A stretch of DNA of 64,000 nucleotides from Nitrosomonas sp. (GCA_019635215.1 JAHBZZ010000010.1:29516-93515); one strand, 5' to 3'; shown: positions 51,019 to 62,411, counted from the first letter of the stretch. A program made the numbers and translations. Notes: generated from the letters alone by a model not told the origin.

Positions 51019-53073
51019 TCACGTGGCGCGCAGCGCCTGTTCAATCGTCTTCAGCAAATCCCGCAGTTTGAATGGTTTGGTGATATAGGCATTAAAGCCT
51101 GCCTGCATGCCCTTCTCAATATCACTCTCCATAGACGCCGCACTTACAGCGATTACGGGGATATGTGCAAGCGCTTTCATGCTGCGGATTTTTTTGAGCG
51201 CTTCAATACCGCTCATACCAGGTAAATTGATATCCATCAGAATAACGTGCGGATTTTCCCGCATGACCGCTGCCAGACCAGCTTCCGCATTGGGTTCAAT
51301 CATCAGTGTTATACCAGGAAATTGCGCCATGATCTGCAACATCAGTCTCTGGTTAAACAGATTATCTTCAATATAAAGAATTTTTGCATTCAGATTCATA
51401 AACCCCGTTTCAGCGTCAGCCACGCCATTTCCACCGGCTTTACCGGATTGCCGCTCGCTTTCCATGGCTTCCGGCAGCTCTATCCAGAAAACGGAACCTT
51501 CACCCGGATTGCTTGCAAAACCGATCTGACCGCCCATAATTTCTACCAGACTTTTGGTAATGGTCAATCCGATGCCTGTACCCTGGATCTGTGAATCCTC
51601 GATGCCCAAGCGGTTAAAAGGTTGAAAAAGCTGGCCCTGTTTTTCCTCGGGTATGCCAAGCCCGGAATCGGTCACCGCAATGCGAATCCAGCCTAGATTG
51701 ATCCTGCCGCACGAGACGGCAACCTTTCCGCCTATCCGGTTATATTTGATCGCATTGGAAACCAGATTCAGAAGTACTTGCTTCAATCGCTGATCATCCG
51801 CGCTGACATAGAAATCGCCGCTCTCCGTACATTCGCTGGACAAAGCAATATCATTCGCAAATGCGAGCGGCTGGGAAAGCACCAGGCATTCATCGACAAC
51901 ATCCCTGAGTGAAACCTTTTCTATGTGCAGATCAAATTTCCCGGCGTCGATTCTAGCTAGATCCAGAACTTCATTAATCAGCGACAGCAAATGATGTCCA
52001 CTACTCTGTATATAATCCACATATTGCTTCTGCTTGAGATCGAAATGCTGTGCTCCGCTGACTTCAAGTAAATGACTGAATCCAAGAATGGCATTCAACG
52101 GCGTACGCAGCTCATGACTCATGCGCGACAAAAACTCCGACTTGGCGCGGTTCGCGCTCTCCGCCGTTTGCTTCGCTTCCGCTAAAGCATTACGCTGACG
52201 GATCTGATTGCTGATCCAGATAAAAACCAGAATTCCAGTTACCATGGAAAAACTGATGCCAAAAATCCATATCCATTTGTAATAGGGAGAAAACTGCATC
52301 CATCCATTTCTGGGAACAGCGCCTAACTGCCAGGAACCGCTGGGTAAGGTCGTATCCATCAGGATAGGATGTTTATTGAACAATGCTGGGTCACCAAAAA
52401 AAACAGCACCTTGCACACCCGTTCCATCGACGCCCCGGATGGCAAGTTCAATATTGCGTTCGGACGGGATTATGCCGGCTTTTTTATAGAGCGTTTCCGC
52501 GTTGATAACGAGACTGGCAACCCCCCAGTATCGTTCATTGCCATTATCTTCCGCCGACTTTACCCAGATTGGCGTTAAGCTCATAAAGGCAAGATCCCCC
52601 TCCACCAATTGCAAAGGCCCGGATATCACTGTTTCCCGCAATCGGGCGGCCCGTTCGACGACAGGCCACTGCACCGGATTATCCCTATAAATCAGATCGA
52701 TAGCCATCTCATTACCTTCCACAGGATAAATGTAGCGCAGAATATTATTCGGTGCCAACCCGATATTTCGCACAATAGTTTTCCCGCGCAGCAGCACCTC
52801 GCCGACTTCCATAAATTTGTCGGCCGTAATATCCGGATAGGCTGTAACCAGACTGACTACGCCTTTTGTAAGATGAAGATTGGCATTGATTTCCAGTTCG
52901 AGGCGCGCACGCATCTGACTGAGTTCATTGATGACTTCTGCCCGCAGATCCTCCTGATAACGCATCTGTTCCTGCTGGCTGATCAAAGCGACGATGATTA
53001 TCAGAAAAACGGCGACTGTAACGGCTACCCAGGTAGGATTGTGTTTGAAATTCATATTTTTTATTTTTAACAA
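51019..53073 (-). CDS. CHASE-domain hybrid sensor histidine kinase
   Basis: TM-CHASE ([16 protein letters not shown])-TM; [23 protein letters not shown] and GTGIGL; receiver [11 protein letters not shown]. Confidence 0.92.
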   Translation of the reverse strand: MLKIKNMNFKHNPTWVAVTVAVFLIIIVALISQQEQMRYQEDLRAEVINELSQMRARLELEINANLHLTKGVVSLVTAYPDITADKFMEVGEVLLRGKTIVRNIGLAPNNILRYIYPVEGNEMAIDLIYRDNPVQWPVVERAARLRETVISGPLQLVEGDLAFMSLTPIWVKSAEDNGNERYWGVASLVINAETLYKKAGIIPSERNIELAIRGVDGTGVQGAVFFGDPALFNKHPILMDTTLPSGSWQLGAVPRNGWMQFSPYYKWIWIFGISFSMVTGILVFIWISNQIRQRNALAEAKQTAESANRAKSEFLSRMSHELRTPLNAILGFSHLLEVSGAQHFDLKQKQYVDYIQSSGHHLLSLINEVLDLARIDAGKFDLHIEKVSLRDVVDECLVLSQPLAFANDIALSSECTESGDFYVSADDQRLKQVLLNLVSNAIKYNRIGGKVAVSCGRINLGWIRIAVTDSGLGIPEEKQGQLFQPFNRLGIEDSQIQGTGIGLTITKSLVEIMGGQIGFASNPGEGSVFWIELPEAMESERQSGKAGGNGVADAETGFMNLNAKILYIEDNLFNQRLMLQIMAQFPGITLMIEPNAEAGLAAVMRENPHVILMDINLPGMSGIEALKKIRSMKALAHIPVIAVSAASMESDIEKGMQAGFNAYITKPFKLRDLLKTIEQALRAT

Positions 53074-53261
53074 GCCCTTGCGGTTGCATTGTAAGAAATG
53101 AAATCAGAATATTCCATGACATTCATCAAAGAATTTAAATGTTTCCTGTGGATGATTCTGTCAAACACACCATCCTCCTGACAAAATTCACTACATATAG
53201 AGCCACCCGGAATCAACCACAACAACGATCCTTACATACGTGCCTCAAATTGAGGCACGTA

Positions 53262-55211
53262 TCACCGTATGTCCATACGCGTATTGCAATAGGTCGTATC
53301 TTCCAGATGGCGGTTATAAATCGTCAAAATCCGGGTACCGTCATTTGGCCTGATGCGGCCCGCATTAATCTGCTGACGGACAAATTCCGACATGCGCCGA
53401 TCCAGATCATTGGGAAAATACTGCACCTGGTTAAGCATCTCCTTAACACTGACTCCTTTCAGTAATTCCTCTATCCAGAACCCGCCTTCCTCCTCCGCTC
53501 TTGCATAGATATGCACTTCATCGACACGGCCGAACAGATTATGCGCATCGCCAAGAATCTCCTGATAAGCGCCAACGAGAAAAATACCGAGATAATAAGG
53601 TTCATCAGGATGAAAATCATGCAAAGGCAGATAATTAACAGCGCCGGATGATGTAATATACTGACCGACCTTACCATCCGAATCGCAGGTCAGATCCACC
53701 AGCTGTCCTCTGCGCTCCGGTTTTTCCAGCAGCCTGTGCAGCGGCATGACGGGGAAAATCTGACCGATCGCCCAGTGATCGATAATCGAGTGAAACACCG
53801 AGAAATTACCCAGATAGAGATCGGTAAGCTGTTTCTCAAGCTCCAGTTGCTCCGCAGGCGCCGGACTCAGTTCAGCCGCTATCAGCTTGCGCAGCGCAAC
53901 CCGGCAAATGCTCCAATACAACGTATCCAGTTGCGCAAAATGCTCGACAGGCAGGTAGCCTAAACGCGCCATCTGCTCGCCCTCCTCACGGATTTCCCGC
54001 GCATCGTGATAGCACTCCAAAACGGCGGCGGCATGTTCAATCAGCGCCACTTCACGGCACACCATATCCATACGCATAACGACAGCTGGCACATCGCCCA
54101 GCACATCCGTCAGCGATGAACTGTCCGGCTTATGCACACCCAGAACAGGAACGACCAGTAAGGAATGATGCGCCGTCAGTGCGCGTCCGCTTTCCGACAA
54201 CAAATCGGGAACAGGTACGCCACGTTCATCGCAGATTTCCTTGACGCTATACACGATGACATTGGCATACTCTTTCAAGCCGTAGTTGATAAAACTGTCC
54301 GGGTTATTATAGTCCGCACCGTAATTCACGCCGAGCCCGCCACCGACATCCAGATAGCGGATGCGTAAACCCCGTAAAGTCAGATCCGCGTAAATCTGCG
54401 CAATCTCTTTGACCGCGCTGCGCAGCACCTGAATATCGGATATCTGGCTGCCCAGATGAAAATGCAGTAGCTCCAGTTGTTCCGCCATGCCCTGGCGCTC
54501 CAGCTGCTGCACCAACCTGACCAATTCAGACACTGTTAAACCGAATTTGGAACGCGCCCCGCCCGACTCGGACCAATGCCCCGATCCTCGCGTGCTGAGC
54601 TTCAGACGGACACCCAGGCGCGGCTTCAACGGTCGCGCTCCGGCCAGCACCATCAGCTGCTCGAATTCAGAATACTTCTCGATAATCGGCACAACCTGCT
54701 GCCCGAGCTGTTGCGCATTCAGCATCAGATTCAGCATGACATTGTCCTTAACACCATTGCACAGCAACAATGTCTTATCGCCCACCAACGGCAATGTTGC
54801 CAGCAATTCCGCCTTCGAACCGCATTCCAATCCGATATTAAATACCTGACCTGCATCCAGAATTTCAGCAACCACCTCATGCAGTTGATTGACCTTGACA
54901 GGATAAATGCTGCGATAGGCTCCCGCATAACCGCATTCCCGTATGGTTTCCTGAAACTTGAAATTCAGACGGTGCACGCGCGAACTGATGATATCCTGGA
55001 AACGAATCAGCATAGGTAAGGAAACATCCTCAGCACGAGCGGCACGGATGACATCCATGACATCAATCTGAAGCGTTTGGTCGGAAGTAGGGCAGACCGC
55101 AACGTGCCCCCGCGCATTCACGGAATAAAAACCGTCCGACCATTTATCCATAGCATACAGCGTCTGGGCATCAATGCAGCCCCATTCAGGTTTTAATGTA
55201 TCATCACGCAT
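53262..55211 (-). CDS. speA: Biosynthetic arginine decarboxylase
   Basis: IYPVKVNQ (PLP Lys), ECGSKAE, SKFGL, HFHLGSQI, DVGGGL, SESGRA, DLTCDSDG and GAYQEILG motifs. Confidence 0.95.
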   Translation of the reverse strand: MRDDTLKPEWGCIDAQTLYAMDKWSDGFYSVNARGHVAVCPTSDQTLQIDVMDVIRAARAEDVSLPMLIRFQDIISSRVHRLNFKFQETIRECGYAGAYRSIYPVKVNQLHEVVAEILDAGQVFNIGLECGSKAELLATLPLVGDKTLLLCNGVKDNVMLNLMLNAQQLGQQVVPIIEKYSEFEQLMVLAGARPLKPRLGVRLKLSTRGSGHWSESGGARSKFGLTVSELVRLVQQLERQGMAEQLELLHFHLGSQISDIQVLRSAVKEIAQIYADLTLRGLRIRYLDVGGGLGVNYGADYNNPDSFINYGLKEYANVIVYSVKEICDERGVPVPDLLSESGRALTAHHSLLVVPVLGVHKPDSSSLTDVLGDVPAVVMRMDMVCREVALIEHAAAVLECYHDAREIREEGEQMARLGYLPVEHFAQLDTLYWSICRVALRKLIAAELSPAPAEQLELEKQLTDLYLGNFSVFHSIIDHWAIGQIFPVMPLHRLLEKPERRGQLVDLTCDSDGKVGQYITSSGAVNYLPLHDFHPDEPYYLGIFLVGAYQEILGDAHNLFGRVDEVHIYARAEEEGGFWIEELLKGVSVKEMLNQVQYFPNDLDRRMSEFVRQQINAGRIRPNDGTRILTIYNRHLEDTTYCNTRMDIR

Positions 55212-55217
55212 TGGCAG

Positions 55218-56171
55218 TTACCTGTCCACGTTCGATTGCTCACGGCTTTCAGCTAAAAGGCATAACAGCTCAATCGCAATCTGCGCCGCCGCCAGCGCAG
55301 TAATTTCAGCATGATCATACGCAGGCGCAACCTCGACCACATCCATACCGATCAGATTGATACCGCGCAACTCACGGATAATGTTCAATGCCTGAAACGT
55401 GGAAAGTCCGCCCGGTACTGGCGTACCTGTACCGGGCGCAAACGCCGGATCCAGGCAATCGATATCAAATGTGATATAAACCGGCGTATCCTTGACGCGC
55501 TCCCGTATCTGAGCAGCAATGGCACGGCCTGTCGTCTGATGGACATCGGCGGCGGAAATGATAGTAAAACCCAACGTATCCTCATTAGTCGTCCGGATAC
55601 CAATCTGCGTAGAAGTCGCAGGATTAACGATATTCTCGTGCGCCGCATGATAAAACATAGTGCCGTGATTGATATCTTTCCCGGACGGCAGCCAGGTATC
55701 GGTATGCGCATCGAAATGAATCAAGCTGATCGTACCATAAGCAACTGCATGCGCCCGCAGACTGGGATAAGCGATGAAATGATCGCCACCCAGCAACAAA
55801 GATGTCGCACCTGAATCAATAATATGCGCAACATGCCGCTCGATATGCGAAACATCCTGCAGATGATCACCCGCTGGCGCACAATCGCCATAATCGATCA
55901 CACGAAGCGCAGAAAGCGGATCCACACGCCACGGCCAGGGGCGCTCCCATGCCAGCGAAAGTGATGCATTGCGTATCGCACGCGGCCCCAGCCGCGCCCC
56001 CGGACGGTTGGTTGTAGCAATATCCAATGGAACGCCTGAAACAGCCACATCAACGTCAGCCAGATCGGTCTGATAAGGCGCACGAAAAAAACTCGCCGCC
56101 CCCCCGAAACTCAACGTATGCGACATCCCCTGCCCCGGCTTCCCTCGGAATCCACTATCCCAATTGCTCAT
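55218..56171 (-). CDS. speB: Agmatinase
   Basis: GGDH, DAHTD, NHGTMF and TFDIDCLDPAFAPGTGTP motifs; GGAGG RBS before ATG 56171 (track 56213); 6 nt upstream of speA. Confidence 0.9.
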   Translation of the reverse strand: MSNWDSGFRGKPGQGMSHTLSFGGAASFFRAPYQTDLADVDVAVSGVPLDIATTNRPGARLGPRAIRNASLSLAWERPWPWRVDPLSALRVIDYGDCAPAGDHLQDVSHIERHVAHIIDSGATSLLLGGDHFIAYPSLRAHAVAYGTISLIHFDAHTDTWLPSGKDINHGTMFYHAAHENIVNPATSTQIGIRTTNEDTLGFTIISAADVHQTTGRAIAAQIRERVKDTPVYITFDIDCLDPAFAPGTGTPVPGGLSTFQALNIIRELRGINLIGMDVVEVAPAYDHAEITALAAAQIAIELLCLLAESREQSNVDR

Positions 56172-56262
56172 GAATATCCTCCTGCATGATTGTGGCCAAC
56201 ATCCCTCAATCATAATGATTGACAGCTATTTGTAAACTGTAATGTTAACCTGAGTTCGGGGG

Positions 56263-56469
56263 GTAATCCTCCCAGAAAATAACAGAAGTCAAAAGTAGAA
56301 TTTTCTTGTTATTTACAGAGAGGGTTCTGCGCTGAAGAAATCGAAATTTAGTGACAGCGAGATCATGGCGATACTCAAGCAGGCAGAGGCAGGAGTGCAG
56401 GTTCCTGAGTTGTGCCGTGAACATGGCATGAGTAGTGCAAGTTTTTATAAAAATGGCGCACTAACTTAA
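56263..56469 (+). pseudogene. IS3-family remnant (left end plus truncated orfA)
   Basis: 56332-56469 reads KKSKFSDSEIMAILKQAEAGVQVPELCREHGMSSASFYK; an extra AA shifts the expected FYKWR; no orfB follows. Confidence 0.85.
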
Positions 56470-56509
56470 ACCAATTTTTGATTCACGGGAAATATATCGA
56501 ATCGTTATT

Positions 56510-58768
56510 TTATCGTTCACTTTTATAAGAATACTGGTAAACATATTTACCGCGACCATAACGGGAAGTTGATACAGCGATATCGTTAACGACAATACCT
56601 TTGAGATTGACTCCAGCTTGGATCAGTCTTCTTGTGCTTTGTTCGAGCTCACGCATCGAATGCTGTCCTGCTTTGATTACCATGAGAACCGCCCCGGCAA
56701 GGTTACCAATGATAGCTGCATCTGTTACAGCCATGATTGGTGGGGAATCAATAATGACAAAGTCATACTGTTTACTGACACTATTCAAATAGCACCCGAA
56801 GCGCTCATGGAGCAGTAATTCAGAAGGATTCGGTGGAATGAAGCCTGAAGAAATGAAATCAATATTGACTTGCGGTATATGATGTATCGCTTCTTCAATT
56901 TCAACAGCATCCATAATAAGATCTGACAATCCATTTCCTCTGTTAATATTCAATTTCTTATGAAGAGTACTTTTACGCATATCACCATCAATCAATAATA
57001 TTTTTTTCCCCGCATCAGCCATGACCACGGCAAGATTGACAGAAACAAAAGATTTTCCAATATTTGGACTAGGGCCTGCAATCATGATGATATTATTAGT
57101 TGCTTTCAGGAATGCAAAATGCAATGAAGTTCGCAAGCTACGCAAACTTTCAACTGCAAGGTCATCTTTATTTTCGTAAGCCAGAAGTATAGGTTGTTCA
57201 GTTCTTATTGCGACGTTTTTGCTATATTTTCTTGCAAGTGTTTCCTGAAAATCGCTGTGCGGTATGGTCGCATAAACAGGTATATCTAAGTGCCGCTCAA
57301 TTAAATCAGGATCCTCAACGCCATGATGCAGCATCTTTCGTAACAATGCAGCCAGAATTCCCAGGACAAATCCTAATATAAGCGCAGTACCAACGATCAA
57401 AATTTTCTTAGGTTTGATCGGTTTATCAGGTAAGACAGCATAATCGATAATTCTCACATTACCTATGGTGCCGGCTTTCGCAACTCGTAATGTCTGCGCA
57501 TTATTGAGAAGTGTTGTATAAAGTTCAGTATTGACTCTGACGTCTCGCGACAATCTCAATATAATCTGCTGTGTTTCCGGTAGTTCTTCAATACTCTTAT
57601 CGTGAGAAGTGATCTGTTGATTCAACCGTGCTATTTGTTTATCGATTGAAATGATAGTCGGATGCGACTCGGTATATCTTTGTCGCAGATCATCCCTTTT
57701 TTGTTGTAGCAAAGTAACCTGCGTTTTTAATTCTACAGATCCTTTAAGAACATTCTGTGTTTCCAAATCCAGATCAACAGAACCCTTACGTGTCCGAAAT
57801 TCGTTTAACGCCGATGTGGCTGCTTCCAGCTGATCTTTAAGTATGGGAAGCTGTTTTTCCAGGAATTCCAGTGTCTTCTGTGATTCCGCCGATTTTTGTT
57901 CAACGCTTTGCATGACATAAATATTAGCAATTTCATTTAATATACGAACAGCCAATTCGGGGTTAGGGGACTCAACGGTTAATTCGAGTATACTGGTGTT
58001 TTTACCTTTTTCCGCAATAGAAATACTTTCTTTTAACCGTCTAATGGCTTGATTGTCAGATTGCCGCATAACGATGAACTGAGTATCCGGGCGCGATTTT
58101 AGCAGCGATACGAAGATAGTCACGGGTTGTTGATGGTTCTCTATTTTCCTGGTAACCAACTTGCCGACCTCGCCTTCAAGAATCATTTCATTGTTATGAA
58201 AAAGTTTGAATTGCCCTTGATTGCTCGCCTGTAGAATCATTTCCTTATCTTCCCAGTCTGCTGGAACTGTCAAGGAATCAATGTGTATGGCTTCTCCGCC
58301 CCATGCATATTGGGCCAGTTCTAAGACAGGACTGGATACAGAGTTATCGCGAATATTCGCCTGGTATTTTCTGGCAATCGTACTGCCGATTACAGGAAAA
58401 TATTTTGGTTCTGCAACAATGTTCAAATTCAGGCTTTTAATGGTTTTTCCCAAAATCATTCTTGACTTGATCAATTCAATTTCCGTCAATACGGGCATTT
58501 TTCCATCCAGCATACCTGTCAATGGTTCAAATCCAATTACTGACTGCGTTTTTTCTTTAACCTGTAATAATCCATCTGCTTTATAAATGGGTGTTCCAAG
58601 AATTGTAATGGCAATACCGAGAAAAAAAGCTATCAGGGTGATAATCGCAATCAGCCATTTGCCATCAAGTAAAGTACCCAATAACTCAACCAGATTGATT
58701 TCATCTGATTCATGTTGCCGCGAATAATCCGCCTGGTTTATGGATTGATCAGGAGCTGTGTTGAGCAT
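56510..58768 (-). CDS. wzc: Wzc tyrosine autokinase / polysaccharide co-polymerase
   Basis: Two TM segments; GPSPNIGKS Walker A, LIDGD and IIDSPP; C-terminal Tyr cluster YGRGKYVYQYSY. Confidence 0.96.
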   Translation of the reverse strand: MLNTAPDQSINQADYSRQHESDEINLVELLGTLLDGKWLIAIITLIAFFLGIAITILGTPIYKADGLLQVKEKTQSVIGFEPLTGMLDGKMPVLTEIELIKSRMILGKTIKSLNLNIVAEPKYFPVIGSTIARKYQANIRDNSVSSPVLELAQYAWGGEAIHIDSLTVPADWEDKEMILQASNQGQFKLFHNNEMILEGEVGKLVTRKIENHQQPVTIFVSLLKSRPDTQFIVMRQSDNQAIRRLKESISIAEKGKNTSILELTVESPNPELAVRILNEIANIYVMQSVEQKSAESQKTLEFLEKQLPILKDQLEAATSALNEFRTRKGSVDLDLETQNVLKGSVELKTQVTLLQQKRDDLRQRYTESHPTIISIDKQIARLNQQITSHDKSIEELPETQQIILRLSRDVRVNTELYTTLLNNAQTLRVAKAGTIGNVRIIDYAVLPDKPIKPKKILIVGTALILGFVLGILAALLRKMLHHGVEDPDLIERHLDIPVYATIPHSDFQETLARKYSKNVAIRTEQPILLAYENKDDLAVESLRSLRTSLHFAFLKATNNIIMIAGPSPNIGKSFVSVNLAVVMADAGKKILLIDGDMRKSTLHKKLNINRGNGLSDLIMDAVEIEEAIHHIPQVNIDFISSGFIPPNPSELLLHERFGCYLNSVSKQYDFVIIDSPPIMAVTDAAIIGNLAGAVLMVIKAGQHSMRELEQSTRRLIQAGVNLKGIVVNDIAVSTSRYGRGKYVYQYSYKSER

Positions 58769-59011
58769 TATTTATTCCCCAGATGGGTGATATGTCTGAT
58801 TCCAGCATGTTCGGAACGAGTGAATATGACTTCATAGAGGTAGCTCTATGCGCTCTTTTCAGTTTAAATTTCACATTGGATGAATAAAAGCTTTAAATTG
58901 CGATTTATCATACAATTTCGCCGGATTTTCTTATTTCTTATGTCTTCCCGCATACTGAAAACTGTATAGAGACATATAAAAGAAGAAAATTGCTTTAACA
59001 ATTTCTGATAG

Positions 59012-60241
59012 TTACGGCCCCTGTCTCTGGAAGGGCTGGATTCTTAAGAAACCATCAAAAGAATTCAACAAATTTATTGTAGGCTGAATCTGGGCAATAA
59101 TCTGGTTCCAACGAATACCTTGTGCACGATCGACATAAATAACATCACGTGGTTGTAACTGGAAACGCTCTGCCAGTAACAATGCGTCTGGTGATTTCGC
59201 GTCCAGATGAAAAATTTCTGATTTTCCCAGTCCGCCACGGAAAACAAAAACTCTCGCCGGATCTGATGTTTCCTGATCAAAACCACCCGCATCACTCAAA
59301 GCTTCAATGAGTGTCATGCGTGCCTTGTTCATGATCAGGCTGCGCGATCTACCTAAACCAGCGCCCCCAATAACCCTGAAATTGGTTTCTCCCAGAACAA
59401 AAACTTTATTTAATGAACTGTCAGGTACATTGAGCACATCTCCATGCCTGAGAAGTACATTTTGCGATAAATCACCGCCTTCATAGAGATTCAATAAATT
59501 AATACTGTAGGTTTTATCGTCTCTTGTTAATGTGATGTTACGCTGATCCGCTTCTGGATTAACGCCGCCCGCATTATTAATGGCTTCAAGTACTGTCAAG
59601 GGAATATCCTTAACTAATTGAATGCCGGGCTGTGCAACTTCACCAACGACGTATACGCGCTGACTGCGATATGCAGCAACGCGTACATCCAGTTGTACTT
59701 GCTCTATATATTTTGATAGCCTTAATGTTAATTCATCACGTATTTCTTCGACGGTTCTGCCAGCAGCCTGTACAACCCCCACATACGGGTAGAAAAAAGT
59801 ACCATCTTCTCCGACTACATTACCCGCTGCTTCAGCTGTACGAAACTGACCCGCAGGAATTGTCAACTCGGGATGGTCCCAAACTGTGATATTCAGAATA
59901 TCCCTAGGCCCTACCCGGTATTGGGTATAGATTTCTTCGACAGGGACACCTTTCGTGGCCTTTGATCCGATGCGATAATCAAAATAATGATTGGCGACAT
60001 TATCAGGAGCAAGACTGAGATTATTGAAATCTTTTTCCAGCTCTATGATTAATTTCGCATCAATCGTTTGAATATCCAGTTTCTTTAGAATTGTTTCATT
60101 ATTCTCTGTAACCGGCAATTCAACGCTCGATTTACGAGAAAAATGACTCATATGCTGCCCTGGTACTATAGAGCATGCGGTCAGATAAAAAAACACCAAT
60201 AATACAGACAGTTTTTTTGTATACATGGGATTCTTATTCAT
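59012..60241 (-). CDS. wza: Wza polysaccharide export lipoprotein
   Basis: Lipobox LTAC; YRVGPRDILNITVWDHPEL, DGTFFYPYVG and SLBB repeats. Confidence 0.95.
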   Translation of the reverse strand: MNKNPMYTKKLSVLLVFFYLTACSIVPGQHMSHFSRKSSVELPVTENNETILKKLDIQTIDAKLIIELEKDFNNLSLAPDNVANHYFDYRIGSKATKGVPVEEIYTQYRVGPRDILNITVWDHPELTIPAGQFRTAEAAGNVVGEDGTFFYPYVGVVQAAGRTVEEIRDELTLRLSKYIEQVQLDVRVAAYRSQRVYVVGEVAQPGIQLVKDIPLTVLEAINNAGGVNPEADQRNITLTRDDKTYSINLLNLYEGGDLSQNVLLRHGDVLNVPDSSLNKVFVLGETNFRVIGGAGLGRSRSLIMNKARMTLIEALSDAGGFDQETSDPARVFVFRGGLGKSEIFHLDAKSPDALLLAERFQLQPRDVIYVDRAQGIRWNQIIAQIQPTINLLNSFDGFLRIQPFQRQGP

Positions 60242-60369
60242 CTAGAAATATTATTACGCAGATCTTGCTGATAATTTTCTGGAGTATGATGTTTGAAGTG
60301 TCTTTGCAAATTTATTAAAAATACTTTCCAATTTTGAAAAAACAGCATGTTTCTCCGTAAAATTCCCGG

Positions 60370-60816
60370 TTAAACACACAGTTTTTCTGTCCACTCAGAA
60401 ACTCCTTTCTCGATTAATTCCAAAGATTTTTCAAAAGCTGGCAATTCTTTTTGATAAGGATCACTAATATCAAATTTTCCCCATTCCCCGAGCCGGAAAA
60501 TTTTCCCTTGTAAGCTGGGATTATTTTCTGCAAGAATACTCTTCTGATAAGATTCCATAACCAATATAAGATCGGCTTTGGTAACCATCTCGGTAGTTAA
60601 CCGACAAGCACGGTGACCTGAAATATCAATACCCTTCTTCAGCATTAATTTACAAGCTAACGGATCGGGTTTGTAACCAACTAACGCATTCAGTCCTGCT
60701 GAACTGACTTTACATTCCGATTTGTTCAGTGTCGACAGCTTATACTTTAACAATCCTTCAGCCATTGGGCTTCTACAGATATTACCGACACATACTATAA
60801 GAATATTATTAAACAA
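60370..60816 (-). CDS. wzb: Wzb low-molecular-weight protein-tyrosine phosphatase
   Basis: CVGNICRS P-loop; DISDPY. Confidence 0.95.
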   Translation of the reverse strand: MFNNILIVCVGNICRSPMAEGLLKYKLSTLNKSECKVSSAGLNALVGYKPDPLACKLMLKKGIDISGHRACRLTTEMVTKADLILVMESYQKSILAENNPSLQGKIFRLGEWGKFDISDPYQKELPAFEKSLELIEKGVSEWTEKLCV

Positions 60817-60872
60817 TTACTAAATTCTGCTTATCTGTGATCTAGTTGAAAATATCAAGTGAAACATCTGTT

Positions 60873-61961
60873 TTACATGCTCTTATGAGCCTTGTCAGTG
60901 TAGCCATATAACTCCATAAAACCTTTTCCTGTGTGAGTGCCTTCTATACTAACCGCTCCTTCCCAGTACACATTATAAGTTGTCTGATTCGCATCAAATT
61001 CACTACTTTCGATTATACTGCGCGTTTTAATATTTATATTCTTATTGGGCATGTTAATGGCCCATGCGATGGGATAGATATATCCTGTTTTTTTGCTGGT
61101 CCAGGTATCCAGTGGGGTAATTGTAAAATCATCATCAAACAGCATCCGGGTTATACCATTTTGTGTGATGCTACCTGCATAAAGCATTGAGTTATTCTCC
61201 TGATCGTGTAATTGATAAATCATTACATCGAGTCCTTCATCCAGTTGCAGACTGAACCAAGCCCACGCCAATTGCGTTGTTGCAAAATCTCCCCATTGAT
61301 GATCAAACCAGGCAATTCCAGTAACCGCCTCAGTTTTACCATCAATCTTTACAGTACCCGAAATCGCCATACGTGTTCTTGAATAATAAAAACTACTGCC
61401 AGCCTGGCCCAAAAAAATAATTCCATCATTTCCGTGAAATACTGGAGGCATAGTACTTTCCAATGTCAAGTCGAGGTCAAAATCTATATTCCTAACAATG
61501 AGTCGATCTTTACCATCAGAGCCGGACATTTCCCAATTTTTAAGCGCAAATTTGAATCCATTCTCAATTTCAGGAGAGACACCGCCGCCGGTAGTTCTGC
61601 GCTGATCTGTAAAATGCCGGCCTGTTTGATGATCACTCAGCGATACATGTTTTACCATATAGCTGATTAAATCTTGAATAATAAATGTCGTAAAGTGAAA
61701 ACTGTATTCTTTCCCAGATTCTGATGTTATATGTCCATTGTAGTACCACCATTCCATTTTGTCCTGATGAGGCGCGTCATCTTGAGGTAATGTTACTACA
61801 ATGGTATTTTCTGATTTACTTTCAAACCAGTCACTTGCAGGTCCTTGCGACGTTACTTCAATAAATAGCCAAGCACTGATTGTTATAAAAAGAATCAGAG
61901 AAACAACAATAAATTGTATTTTCAATAGTTGGTGTTTATTAAATTTCTGCCTGATTTTCAT
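60873..61961 (-). CDS. AttH/CrtC-like lipocalin-fold protein
   Basis: HQDKMEWWYYNG, SFYYS.TR, G.AWFDHQW, WAWFSLQL and YWEGAV motifs; N-terminal TM; likely start 61961 (track 62027). Confidence 0.85.
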   Translation of the reverse strand: MKIRQKFNKHQLLKIQFIVVSLILFITISAWLFIEVTSQGPASDWFESKSENTIVVTLPQDDAPHQDKMEWWYYNGHITSESGKEYSFHFTTFIIQDLISYMVKHVSLSDHQTGRHFTDQRRTTGGGVSPEIENGFKFALKNWEMSGSDGKDRLIVRNIDFDLDLTLESTMPPVFHGNDGIIFLGQAGSSFYYSRTRMAISGTVKIDGKTEAVTGIAWFDHQWGDFATTQLAWAWFSLQLDEGLDVMIYQLHDQENNSMLYAGSITQNGITRMLFDDDFTITPLDTWTSKKTGYIYPIAWAINMPNKNINIKTRSIIESSEFDANQTTYNVYWEGAVSIEGTHTGKGFMELYGYTDKAHKSM

Positions 61962-62411
61962 GCTAAATAAATTATAGTAACTAATTTCTATTAAAAAATC
62001 CGCGACACGGATACACAATCTTTTCAAATAGAGAAATTATATTTTTTTGAAAAATATAATAATTAACTAAAATTCGATCCTGTTCTTCACATTTATACCG
62101 CTAGTTTCTATATTTTTTTGACTTAACCAATTCTACAACTGACTACATATAATATTGTTCTAATATAAATTAACACTTTACTCAACACTATAAGCCATTT
62201 AGAATTCCTAAGAGAAACTATTATTATTCTCGTTTCTTTGTTTATTATTTAACAACATTTATTACTGATTTTCAGTATCAGTCGCGTAAACCATTAGTTT
62301 TATACATCGTCATAAACTTTTAGAGAAAAATCAACAACTCTTTTGATATCGTTGTTCAATATTAAGATAGTTTGGTTGCCTGATCTCGTAACCGGTGGAG
62401 ATTGTCATAAA

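Noticed and set aside
55218-56171. Ureohydrolase as a guanidinase of ammonia oxidisers
   Set aside because: It has agmatinase-type HGTMF and GTGTP motifs, is coupled to speA, and has no neighbouring HypA/HypB nickel chaperones, ABC transporter or visible guanidine riboswitch.
58833-58850. CATAGAG-GTAG-CTCTATG between wza and wzc as an ops/JUMPstart element
   Set aside because: The GGTAG lies on the non-coding strand for this operon and the match to GGCGGTAG is poor; it is only a short palindrome.
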